Assembly: GCA_030390025.1 (NCBI GenBank)
Contig: CM059427.1
Span: 20,956,001-21,020,000 of the forward strand
Direction: 5' to 3'
Length of the DNA stretch: 64,000 bases
DNA from: Squalus acanthias
Lineage: Eukaryota
Positions 50,495 through 61,493 of this stretch are shown in pieces (positions within the stretch are counted from its first letter, which is position 1; every line of letters starts with the position of its first letter). The position numbers and the translations under genes are program-made. The notes under the pieces were generated by a model, which searched no databases, was not told the DNA's origin, and saw only the letters and a program-made list of their open reading frames with translations.

Positions 50495-50680
50495 ACAACA
50501 GAAAATGCTGGAAACACTCAGCAGGCCAGGCAGCATCCGTGGAGAGCGAAACAGAGTTAACGTTTCAGGTCTGGGACCCTTCATCAGAACTGGTAAAAGT
50601 TGGAGATGTAACAGGTTTTAAGCAGGTGCAGAGACAGGGAAAGGGGGGGCGGGGAAGGGAGGAAGGAACTGAAGGCACAG
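50495..50680 (-). mobile_element. Penelope terminal-repeat fragment
   Basis: Homologous to 46996-47180 and 8095-8250. Confidence 0.75.
50555..50591 (-). ncRNA. Minimal hammerhead ribozyme motif
   Basis: Minus strand reads AGTT-CTGATGA-AGGGTCCCAGACCT-GAAA-CGTT-AACT. Confidence 0.75.
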
Positions 50681-51799
50681 ACTGTGCTAGGATTGAACTC
50701 AGGAGAGATAAAACCTTTGAAGTAATGTTTTACATACTAGACAGTCTGTGGAAAGCAAACTAGCAGTAACTAAATTTAAAGTGCTCACCGCATCTCATAG
50801 GTATTAAAATAAATTGCCTTTTGATTTGAATTGTGTCAGATCCCCCTATTTGTTACAGTGGAGTCCCACTGTGCTTATTAGTGTGGTATAAGCTGGATAA
50901 ACAATCCACAAACAGTGGACTGCTGAAAAATTAATCAAGAAACATCCTCAAATTATGGACTACAATGTTCAGGGTCACTCAGTGACTTCTATTTCAGAAA
51001 GCAAGTATTTGTCATCATGAATCATCCATGTAAATGTAACACAAAACAAAATGAATATACAACTTCTAATGTTTAGCCAAATTGCTCTGTAATCACTGTT
51101 GCTCATGGTGAGTCAATGGATATGGAAACTGTTAGGTTGTACCTTTTAACCTAGGAGAAGGAATAGGGAGAAGGGTCCAGATATGAAGAAGGACATTTTT
51201 TGATTGGTTCCTGGCAAATTTAAGACTATCAGAAAAGTGTGACAGTTTTTTTGTGCTACAGAAATATTTAAACTGTAATATGTGTTATATACACACATTA
51301 ATATATTAGTGATTTCTAACAACTTCATTTTTTTTCTTTTAAAACGTTAATTGGGTCATATTCAAAAGAAAGGATTCCTTCATGATGTCCTTCAAAGCAA
51401 GGATGTTCTTTGTGAGCTCATACAACATAACAGATTTTATAGATATTTGAGATCTATGAAACTTGAATAAAATCATTTTAGAGCATATCATGACTTACGT
51501 CACCGTGTTGATAATGGTAGAAAGAAGGACCTATTTAATTTGCAGTTTCATCAACAGTGACTGATTTTTGCTTCCGTAAATGAGCTTCAATGCTGGTAAG
51601 TAATGTATCAAGTGCTTATATTTTCATTTTCTGATGACACAAGAAGTATGAGTTTCACTACCATTTCGGGGCAAGTCTGTGGGTCATCGGATCAATGTGT
51701 TATTTAAAATTTTTATTAAAATGCTGCACACTGATTTACATATTGTTGTAGTTGTACTTTTTTTTTTAAACACAGCATTTACAGCAGGAAACGTTTAAT

Positions 51800-53150
51800 A
51801 TAATGTCAACATAATTGTGCACATTGATACAGTAGTTTTAGCTGCTTTCAGATCAGTGTGGTCATTGGGGAGGGGGGGGGTGATTGGAATGTGGAGGCAC
51901 TGACTCAAGTTATTATTCTTGTGTTGCTCAGAGCACCACAACTACCTTTGTGGTTAGTTGTTGCTGGAGTTTGTGGGGTGCTAGTAGATCGTCAAGGAAG
52001 CGCATATTTTGGAGATACCTGAACAGGCCCTGCTGGGTGAGGTGGCATTTATCCATTAGTTGGTTGGAGAATAAGATTGTCTCTTTGTGGGGGGAACTAG
52101 CCTAGCCTGGTGATGGACTGCTCTTTGTAGGTTCAAATCCATTTATTTGGGATTGGTTTGGTGGCTACAGGTACAATACCCATCATAGGTTCTTCACAAA
52201 GACTGGTTCCAAGCCACAATTCTATTAAACCTGGTCAACCAGTGATACTGTCTAAAATTTAGGAGGTCAAATACTCTTGAGCTTAGGGAAATGCAGGCAC
52301 TTGAAGTGAATTCATGGCCATTTACCTGCCCAGAGGAACTTAGCTATGTGCCTGTCAGGAGCGAAGAATTGTTGAGTCAAGAGCATAATATTTAGCATTT
52401 GGAACAGGCAAAGGAGTTGGGGCAGTGCATTCATTTTTATTGTGGCTTAGGTGTGATACGGGCAGGCTGTCCCATCTAACTGGGTCAGTATCCATGTTTT
52501 TTGTGAGTGGTGGTGATTGCAGTGGAGATTGGGGGCGGGGGGGATGATTCTTTTTATACAAGGTTGAAAATGTAGCGGCTGCTGTTATTCCAAAGGAATC
52601 AGATGCCTTTATCTGTCTATGCAAAACTGTAGGATTTACATATATATGGGGTGATTTGTTGCCAATGTTTCTATAGCCAGGATAAAAAGAGGAGAGGTGG
52701 CGACCTTGTCTAGTCTTTGTTGGATGGACAGTGTGCCAAAGTCGTGGCCATTCTTGCAAACCTGTGGAAAACTTAGTCTCTGAAATAGAGGAAGAAGGAA
52801 ACCACCATCTAACCTGTCGGATGCCTTTGCTGCATCAAGGGACAGCATTAAGGCAGATGCTTTGACCCTGTGCAGTGTGTTAAATGGCTGCCTGGTGAAA
52901 TTCCCTGATTGGTGCCTTGGACACAGCCCATTTAATCTGAGTGAGGTAATTTTGAGAGCTACAGTGCCCTGCCTGAATGTTATTTAATGTTTGAAAAAAC
53001 ATCATAAAATGGTATCTATATCAACTTCATCTGTTCAAGAAGTTGGAGTCATAGATCTGGTACTTGACCAGCACTACAATTTTTACAAGAAAATTTGTCG
53101 AAAAGACTCATTTATCTATGGGAAAAAATCTTTCTAATGTTTTAAAAAAT
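51800..53150 (-). mobile_element. Heavily degraded L1-clade LINE remnant
   Basis: LSLDAAKASDRL..FL, KTRQGR and SPLFILAIETLA resemble L1 RT motifs (SLDAEKAFDR, GTRQGCPLSPLLF.LAIEPLA). Boundaries are vague. Confidence 0.55.
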
Positions 53151-53302
53151 GCTTAGTGAAAGAGAAGTATTAGAGGAGGGGATAAGGAAAGGTTTCTGAA
53201 GCTACTGTCAGCATTCAGTTATTCATTTCTAAGACTGGACAGGAAATGTGACCAGGTATCACATTTTAAATTTTAGTAATAAAGTAACATAAGGGTTAAG
53301 TC

Positions 53303-54247
53303 ATGACAGGAAGTCTCGGACCCGTTTCATGCTCCTCCTGTGCCATGTGGGAAACCAGGGACACTTCCAGTGTCCCTGACAACTACGTGTGCGGGAAGTG
53401 TGTCCAGCTGCAGCTCCTGACAGCCCGCATGGCGGTGCTGGAGCTGCGGGTGGACTCACTCTGGAGCATGCACGATGCCGAGAACTCGGTGAATCGCTCA
53501 TTTAGTGAGTTGTCCACACCGCAGGTAAAGGCTAGGACAGACAGTGAATGGGTGACCAAGAAGCAGGGCAATATCAGGAAGGTAGTGCAGGAGTCCCCTG
53601 TGGTCATCTCCCTCCAAAACAGGTATGCCGCTTTGGATACTGTTGGGGGAGATGGCCTACCAGGGGAAGGCACTAGCAGCCAGGTTCATGGCACCATGGC
53701 TGGCTCTGCTGCACAGCAGGGCGGGAAAAAGAGTGGTAGGGCTATAGTGATAGGGGACTCAATTGTAAGGGGAATAGACAGGAGTTTCTGTGGCCGCAAC
53801 CGAGATTCCAGGATGGTATGTTGCCTCCCTGGTGCAAGGGTCAAGGATGTCTCGGAGCGGCTGCAGAACATTCTGAAGAGGGAGGGTGAACAGCCAGCTG
53901 TCGTGGTGCATGTAGGTACCAACGATATAGGTAAAAAGCGGGAAGAGGTCCTACAAGCAGAATTTAGGGAGCTAGGAGCTAAATTAAAAAGTAGGACCTC
54001 TAAGGTAGTAATCTCTGGATTGCTACCAGGGCCACGTGCTAATCAGAATAGAGAGAACAGGATAGTGAGATTGAATACATGGCTTGAGCAGTGGTGCAGG
54101 AGGGAGGGATTCAAATTCCTGAGGCATTGGAATCAGTTCTGGGGGAAGTGGGACCTGTACAAAAGGGACGGTCTGCACTTGGGCAGGACTGGAACCGATG
54201 TCCTCGGGGTAATATTTGCTAAAGCAGTTCGGGAGGATTTAAACTAA
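53303..54247 (+). CDS. CR1 ORF1p: N-terminal Cys zinc finger/coiled coil plus SGNH/GDSL esterase
   Basis: CSSC...CGKC; VIGDS, PGA, HVGTND and DGLH esterase blocks; 314 aa. Confidence 0.92.
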   Translation: MTGSLGPVSCSSCAMWETRDTSSVPDNYVCGKCVQLQLLTARMAVLELRVDSLWSMHDAENSVNRSFSELSTPQVKARTDSEWVTKKQGNIRKVVQESPVVISLQNRYAALDTVGGDGLPGEGTSSQVHGTMAGSAAQQGGKKSGRAIVIGDSIVRGIDRSFCGRNRDSRMVCCLPGARVKDVSERLQNILKREGEQPAVVVHVGTNDIGKKREEVLQAEFRELGAKLKSRTSKVVISGLLPGPRANQNRENRIVRLNTWLEQWCRREGFKFLRHWNQFWGKWDLYKRDGLHLGRTGTDVLGVIFAKAVREDLN

Positions 54248-54294
54248 TATGGCAGGGGAATGGGAACCTATGTAGCGAAACAGGGGGAAGTAAT

Positions 54295-57231
54295 ATGCAG
54301 TCAGAAACAAATGTTAGAAGGGTGAGAAACAATAGGGGAAGGCCGAGTAAACAAAGGCAAGAAACACAAAGGGCCATACTAAATCATAAGTCTAAAAGGA
54401 CAAAGGATGTTAATAAAACAAGCCTAAAGGCTCTGTGTCTTAATGTAAGGAGTATCCGTAATAAGGTGGATGAATTGACTGTGCAAATAGATGTTAACGG
54501 ATACGATGTGATTGGGATTACAGAGACGTGGCTCCAGAACAATCAAGGCTGGGAACTGAACATCCAGGGGTATTCAACATTCAGAAAGGATAGAATAAAA
54601 GGAAAAGGGGGTGGGGTAGCATTGCTGGTTAAAGAGGAGATTAATGCAATAGCTAGGAAGGAAATCAGCTTGGAGGATGTGGAATCAATATGGGTTGAGC
54701 TGCAGAACACCAAAGGGCAGAAAACGTTAGTGGGAGTTGTGTACAGACCTCCAAACAGCAGTAGTGAGGTGGGGGAGGGTATGGAACAGGAAATCAGAGG
54801 TGCGTGCAAAAAAGGCACGGCAGTTATCATGGGTGACTTTAATATGCATATAGATTGGGCTACTCAAACTGGAAGCAATACGGTGGAGGAGGATTTCCTG
54901 GAGTGTTTAAGGGATGGTTTCCTAAACCAATATGTTGAGGAACCAACTCGAGGGGAGGCCATCCTGGACTGGGTGTTGTGTAATGAGGAGGGACTAATCA
55001 GCAATCTTGTGGTACGAGGCCCCCTGGGGAAGAGTGACCATAGTATGGTGGAGTTCTACATTAGGATGGAGAAGGAAACAGTTAAGTCAGAGACCATGGT
55101 CCAGAACTTAAATAAGGGCAACTTTGAGGGTATGAGGCGTGAATTGGCGAGGTTAAATTGGCAAGCGATATTTAAGGGGCTATCAGTGGAAGGGCAATGG
55201 CAGACATTTAGAGATCGCATGGATGAACTACAACAATTGTACATCCCGGTCTGGCGTAAAAATAAAAAAGGGAAGGTGGCTCAACCATGGCTAACAAGGG
55301 AAATCAGGGATAGTATTAAAACCAAGGAAGTTGCATACAAATTGGCCAGAAGTAGCGGCAAACCCGAGGACTGGGAGAACTTCAAAACTCAGCAGAGGAG
55401 GACGAAGGGTTTGATTAGGGCAGGGAAAATAAAATATGAAAGGAAGCTTGCAGAGAACATTAAAATGGACTGCAAAAGCTTCTATAAATATGTAAAAAGA
55501 AAGAGGTTAGTAAAAACAAACGTAGGTCCCCTGCAGTCGGAAACAGGGGAAGTCGTAATGGGGAACAAGGAAATGGCAGATCAATTGAACAAGTACTTTG
55601 GTTCGGTGTTTACTGTGGAGGACACACACAACCTGCCGGAAATAAAAGGGGTCAGAGGATCTGGTAAGAGGGAGGAGCTGAGGGAAATCCTTATTAGTCG
55701 GGAAAAGGTATTGGGGAAATTGATGGGACTGAAGGCTGAAAAATCCCCGGGGCCTGATGGTCTGCATCCCAGAGTACTTAAGGAGGTGGCCTTGGAAATA
55801 GTGGATGCATTGACGATCATTTTCCAACATTCCTTAGACTCTGGATCAGTTCCGATGGAGTGGAGGGTGGCCAATGTAACCCCTCTTTTTAAAAAAGGAG
55901 GGAGGGAGAAAGCAGGGAATTATAGACCGGTCAGCCTGACATCGGTCGTGGGTAAAATGATGGAAGCAATTATTAAAGATGTCATAACAGACCATTTGGA
56001 AAGTGGCGACATGATAGGTCCAAGTCAGCATGGATTTGTGAAAGGGAAATCATGCTTGACAAATCTTCTGGAATTTTTTGAGGATGTTTCCAATAGGGTG
56101 GACAGGGGGAAACCAGTAGATGTGGTGTATTTGGACTTTCAGAAGGCCTTCGACAAGGTCCCACACAAGAGATTGGTGAGCAAAGTTAAAGCACATGGGA
56201 TTGGGGGTAATGTGTTGACGTGGATTGAGAACTGGTTGGCACACAGGAAACAAAGAGTAGGAGTAAATGGGTACTTTTCAGAATGGCAGGCAGTGACCAG
56301 CGGGGTACCGCAGGGTTCGGTGCTGGGACCCCAGCTGTTTACATTATATATTAATGATTTGGACGAAGGGATTAAATGTAATATCTCCAAATTTGCGGAT
56401 GACACTAAATTGGGAGGCAGTGTGAACAATGAGGAGGATGCTAGGAGGCTACAGAGTGACTTGGACAGGTTGGGTGAATGGGCAAATGTATGGCAGATGA
56501 AGTACAATGTGGATAAATGTGAGGTTATCCACTTTGGTGGTAAAAATAGAGAGGCGGACTATTACCTGAATGGTGGCAGATTAGGGAAAGGGGACGTGCA
56601 ACGAGACCTGGGCGTCATGGTACATCAGTCACTGAAGGTGGGAAGGCAAGTGCAGCAGGCAGTCAAGAAAGCAAATGGCATGATGGCCTTCATAGCAAGG
56701 GGATTTGAGTACAGGAGTAGGGAGGTGATGCTACAGTTGTACAGGGCCTTGGTGAGGCCACACCTGGAGTATTGTGCGCAGTTTTGGTCTCCTAACTTAA
56801 GGAAGGACATTCTTGCTATTGAGGGAGTGCAGCGAAGGTTCACTAGATTGATTCCTGGGATGGCCGGACTGACATATCAAGAAAGATTGGGTCAACTGAA
56901 CTTGTATCCTCTGGAGTTCAGAAGAATGAGGGGGGATCTTATAGAGACATTTAAAATCCTGACTGGTTTGGACAAATTAGATGCGGGCAGAATGTTCCCA
57001 ATGGTAGGGAAAACTAGAACCAGGGGTCACAGTCTAAGGATTAAGGGGAAGCCATTTAGGACTGAGCTGAGGAGGAACTTCTTCACCCAGAGAGTGGTGA
57101 ATCTATGGAATTCTCTTCCACAGAAGGTTGTTGAGGCCAGTTCGCTAAATATATTCAAAAGGGAGTTAGATATAACACTCACAACTAAGGGGATCAAGGG
57201 GTATGGCGAGAAAGCAGGAATGGGGTACTGA
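54295..57231 (+). CDS. CR1 ORF2p: APE endonuclease plus reverse transcriptase (frame open from 54223)
   Basis: NVRS, ITETW, GDFN and SDH (APE); [17 protein letters not shown] and FADD (RT); 978 aa with no stops. Confidence 0.95.
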   Translation: MQSETNVRRVRNNRGRPSKQRQETQRAILNHKSKRTKDVNKTSLKALCLNVRSIRNKVDELTVQIDVNGYDVIGITETWLQNNQGWELNIQGYSTFRKDRIKGKGGGVALLVKEEINAIARKEISLEDVESIWVELQNTKGQKTLVGVVYRPPNSSSEVGEGMEQEIRGACKKGTAVIMGDFNMHIDWATQTGSNTVEEDFLECLRDGFLNQYVEEPTRGEAILDWVLCNEEGLISNLVVRGPLGKSDHSMVEFYIRMEKETVKSETMVQNLNKGNFEGMRRELARLNWQAIFKGLSVEGQWQTFRDRMDELQQLYIPVWRKNKKGKVAQPWLTREIRDSIKTKEVAYKLARSSGKPEDWENFKTQQRRTKGLIRAGKIKYERKLAENIKMDCKSFYKYVKRKRLVKTNVGPLQSETGEVVMGNKEMADQLNKYFGSVFTVEDTHNLPEIKGVRGSGKREELREILISREKVLGKLMGLKAEKSPGPDGLHPRVLKEVALEIVDALTIIFQHSLDSGSVPMEWRVANVTPLFKKGGREKAGNYRPVSLTSVVGKMMEAIIKDVITDHLESGDMIGPSQHGFVKGKSCLTNLLEFFEDVSNRVDRGKPVDVVYLDFQKAFDKVPHKRLVSKVKAHGIGGNVLTWIENWLAHRKQRVGVNGYFSEWQAVTSGVPQGSVLGPQLFTLYINDLDEGIKCNISKFADDTKLGGSVNNEEDARRLQSDLDRLGEWANVWQMKYNVDKCEVIHFGGKNREADYYLNGGRLGKGDVQRDLGVMVHQSLKVGRQVQQAVKKANGMMAFIARGFEYRSREVMLQLYRALVRPHLEYCAQFWSPNLRKDILAIEGVQRRFTRLIPGMAGLTYQERLGQLNLYPLEFRRMRGDLIETFKILTGLDKLDAGRMFPMVGKTRTRGHSLRIKGKPFRTELRRNFFTQRVVNLWNSLPQKVVEASSLNIFKRELDITLTTKGIKGYGEKAGMGY

Positions 57232-57815
57232 GGTAGCATGTTCAGCCATGAACGCATTGAATGGCGGTGCAGGCTCGAAGGACCGAATGGTCTACTCCTG
57301 TACCTATTTTCTATGTTTCTATGTTTCTATGTTTAATATTTGTGCACTGCATATGTACTGCATTGTGTCACTGCTGTATCGGATATTATGCAGCTTTTTT
57401 GTGCTGTTTGTAAATTCTCAACATGAGCAGTATTGAGATTAAATTGGTCCATAAATGATCACGTTGCGCCCATAGGTTATTGTATATCATAAGATTATTT
57501 TGTTCCAGCATTGTGTGGGGTCCAAAAGAATATGAATAAACAGGAATTTTTACAAGACATGGATGAATGTTACTAAATTTGTATTACTTTGTCAGTGAAG
57601 TAGTTTAACAATTCTATTTACTTTCAATTGAGAATTGAAGAGAAGCGGCAAAAAACTATCCCCTACACTCATTGGTTATGGCCGCCAGTGATTTATTTTT
57701 TTGCCAACCACTGTGCCAAAGCATAGCTGCAAAAGTAATAGTCAAAACTGCTATTTGTGACGAGATAAGTCCTCTCTGAAAAGACTGTCATGTGGCTTTA
57801 TACATAGGACACATC

Positions 57816-57928
57816 TCAAACATTAGAAGTTTTTACACAAGGCACGTATCAAACATTAGAAGTTTTTACACAAGGCACGTATCAAACATTAGAAGTTTTT
57901 ACACAAGGCACGTATCAAACATTAGAAG
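57816..57928. repeat. 33-bp perfect tandem repeat x3.4
   Basis: Unit TCAAACATTAGAAGTTTTTACACAAGGCACGTA starts at 57816, 57849, 57882 and 57915 (partial). Confidence 0.95.
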
Positions 57929-58443
57929 CATTTCTCAATGAATTTTGTACTAAACTCAAAGATGGAGATCCAAAAACTGTAGGTTGGCATTAATCAAGTT
58001 AATTAGCCAATAATGTATTCTACAATGGGAAGCTATTAATAACTGCTGTGATTAGGTAATTAATCATTTTTATACATTTAAAATCATACCATTTGCTCTA
58101 TAAATCCCAGGCGATTATATCTTTGCGGATCTTACAAATCAATTTTATATAAAAGTAAATTCTGATGAGGTAACAGTATTTACTGAGATAAAAACACTAT
58201 GCGAGAACAAATCTAGCAGTTGTAGGATGAAATAAAACTTATACAAGTGATTTATTAAATACTTTCATTTCATCTAAAAAAAAATCAGAATAATTATTAG
58301 AGAGTGCTGAGCCTATACAACTGCAGCCTGAGCCTTTGCTCCATATGATTCACTGCATAAGTGCTGGCTGCCAGATGTTAGGGCTTAAATGACCTAGAGA
58401 GCCATTTCCAAAATGCTTACTACACTCCCTGGTGTTATCACTG

Positions 58444-61400
58444 GAGTCATAGAGTTATACAGCACAGAAAGAGGCCCTACGGCCCATCGTGTCTGCACCG
58501 GCCATCAAGCCCTATCTATTCTAATCCCATTTTCCAGCACTTGGTCCGTAGCCTTGTATGCTATGGTGTTTCAAGTGCTCATCTAAATGCTTCTTGAATG
58601 TTGTGAGGGTTCCTGCCTCTACCACCCTTTCAGGCAGTGAGTTCCAGATTCCAACCACCCTCTGGGTGAAAAAGTTTTTCCTCAAATCCCCTCTAAACAT
58701 CCTGCCCCTTACCTTGAAACTATGCCCCCTGGTTATTGACCCCTCTATTAAGGGGAAAAGTTCCTTTCTATCTACCCTATCTATGTCCCTCATAATTTTG
58801 TACACCTCAATCAGGTCCCCCCTCAGCCTTCTCTGCTCTAAGGAAAACAACCCCAGCCTGTCCAGTCTCTCGTCATAGCTGAAACGCTCCAGCCCAGGTA
58901 ACATCCTGGTGAATCTCCTCTGCACCCTCTCCAATGCAATCACATCCTTCCTATAGTGTGGCGACCAGAACTGCACACAGTATTCCAGCTGTGGCCTAAC
59001 TAGCGTTTTGTACAGCTCCATCATAACCTCCCTGCTCTTATATTCTATGCCTCGGCTAATGAAGGCAAGTATCCCATATGCCTTCTTAACCACCTTATCT
59101 ACCTGTCCTGCTGCCTTCAGGGATCTATGTACATGCACACCAAGGTCCCTCTGATCCTCTGTCCTTCCTAGGGTCCTACCATTAATTGTGTGTTCCCTTG
59201 CCTTGTTCGTCCTCCCAAAATGCATCACCTCACACTTTTCAGGGTTAAATTCCATTTGCCACTGTTCTGCCCATCTAACCAACCCGTCTATATCGTCCTG
59301 CAGCCTAAGGCTTCCCTCCTCGCTATTTACCACTCCACCAATTTTTGTGTCATCTGCGAACTTACTGATCATACCTCCTACATTCATATCTAAATCATTA
59401 ATGTACACTACAAACAGCAAGGGACCCAGCACCGATCCCTGCAGTACACCACTGGACACAGGCTTCCAGTCACAAAAACAACCTTCGACCATCACCCTCT
59501 GCCTCCTGCCACTAAGCCAATTTTGGATCCAATGTGCCAAATTGCCCTGGATCCCATGGGCTCTTACCTTCTTGACCAGTCTCCCATGCGGGACTTTGTC
59601 AAAAGCCTTACTGAAGTCCATGTAGACCACATCAACTGCACTACCCTCATCCACACACCTAGTCACCCCCTCGAAAAATTCAATCAAATTGGTCAGACAT
59701 GATCTCCCCCTGACAAAACCATGCTGACTATCCTTGATTAATCCTTGGCTCTCCAAGTGGAGACTAATTCTGTCCCTCAGAATTTTTTCCAATAATTTCC
59801 CTACCACTGATGTACTCACTGGCCTGTAATTCCCTGGTTTATCCCTGCTACCCTTCTTGAATAATGGTACCACGTTAGCTGTCCTCCAGTCCTCTGGCAC
59901 CTCCCCTGTGGCCAGAGAGGTTCTGAAAATTTGTGTCAGAGCCCCTGCAATCTCCTCCCTTGCCTCACACAGCAGCCTGGGATATATCTCGTCTGGGCCT
60001 GGGGATTTATCCACTTTTAAGCCCACTAAAACCACTAGTACCTCCTCCCTCTCAATGCTAATTTGTTCAAGTGTATCACAATCCCCCTGCCTGATTTCTA
60101 TGCCTACATCGTCCTTCTCCATAGTGAACACAGATGCAAAATATTCATTTAAAACCTCACCTACATCTTCCGGCTCTACACACAAATTGCCACTTTGGTC
60201 CCTAATGGGCCCTACTCTTTCCCTGGTTATCCTCTTGCCCTTAATATACTTATAAAACACCTTGGGATTTTCCTTTATTTTGCCTGCCAGTGTTTTTTCA
60301 TGCCCCCTCTTCGCTCTCCTAATTTATTTTTTAAGTACCCCCCTGCACTTTCTATACTCCTCTAGGGCTTCCACTGTTTTTAGTCCTTTGTATCTGCCAA
60401 AAGCCTCCCTTTTTTTCCTAATCCATTCTTGTATATACCTTGACATCCAGGGTTCCCTGGACTTGTTGGTCCCACCCTTGACCTTTACGGAAACATGTTG
60501 GCGCTGTACTCTCTCTATTTCCTTTCTGAATGACTCCCAATGCTGTGATGTGGATTTTCCTACAAGTAGCTGATCCCAGTCCACTTTGGCCAGATCCTGC
60601 CTTATCATATTAAAATCAGCCTTCCCCTAATTTAGAACCTTTATTTCCGGTCCATCCTTTCCATGACTACCTTAAATCTCACCGAATTATGGTCACTGTC
60701 ACCAAAATGCTCTCCTACTTACACTTCTACCACTTGCCCGGCTACATTCCCTAGAATTAGGTCCAGTACCGCCCCCTCTCTTGTAGGACTTTCTACATGC
60801 TGGCTCAAAAAGCTCTCCTGGATGCACTTTAAGAATTCCGCACCCTCTAAGCCTTTCACACTCTGACTATCCCAGTTAATATTGGGGAAGTTGAAATCCC
60901 CTACTATTATTACCCTATTATTTCTACACTTCTCTGAGATTTGCCTACATAACTGTTCCTTTATCTCCCCCTGACTGTTTGGGGGCCTATAGTACACTCC
61001 CAGCAAAATGCTTGCCCCCTTTTTGTTTTTAAGTTCTACCCATATGGTCTCATTAGAGGAACCTGCTAAGATATCATCCCCCCTTACTGCAGTAATTGAC
61101 TCCTTGATTAATATTGCGACACCCCCTCCTCTTTTACACCCTCCCCTGTCTCGCCTGAAGATTCTATACCCCGGAATAGTGAGCTGCCAGTCCTGCCCCT
61201 CCCTCAACCATGTCTCTGTGATAGCAACAATATCATACTCCCATGTGTTCATCAACACCTTCAATTCATCTGCCTTACTCGCAAGACTCCTTGCATTAAA
61301 ATAAATGCCATCCAGCCTTGCCATACTCCCTTGTGCCTTTACATATTTGCTCTGCCTTCCAGACTGACTTGTTTTTTCCTCTATATTTGGCTGTGCATCA

Positions 61401-61493
61401 CCCCCTACTATAGCTCCACTCCGTATCCCATCCCCCTGCCAAGTTAGTTTAAACCCCCCCCACCCAACAGCACTAGCAAACCTCCCCGCAAGG
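58444..61493 (-). mobile_element. CR1 LINE with full-length but frameshifted ORF2, truncated in the last codons of ORF1
   Basis: APE (60719-61324), linker (60324-60608) and RT (58521-60260) are separate ORF pieces; tail (ctctatga)n. Confidence 0.92.

Larger units (their letters stand above)
53290..57334 (+). mobile_element. Young CR1 LINE with both ORFs intact
   Basis: ORF1 and ORF2 are uninterrupted, followed by a 3'UTR and (CTATGTTT)x3 tail; the 5'UTR appears short or truncated. Confidence 0.95.

Noticed and set aside
51540-51602. Strong donor CTG|GTAAGT as an alternative PDE11A exon
   Set aside because: No supporting ORF or promoter evidence can be drawn from the sequence alone.
57816-57928. 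33-bp repeats of CRISPR-like length
   Set aside because: Simple tandem duplication without spacers.
54543-60573. Numerous antisense ORFs over the CR1 elements
   Set aside because: Shadow ORFs of LINE coding sequence.
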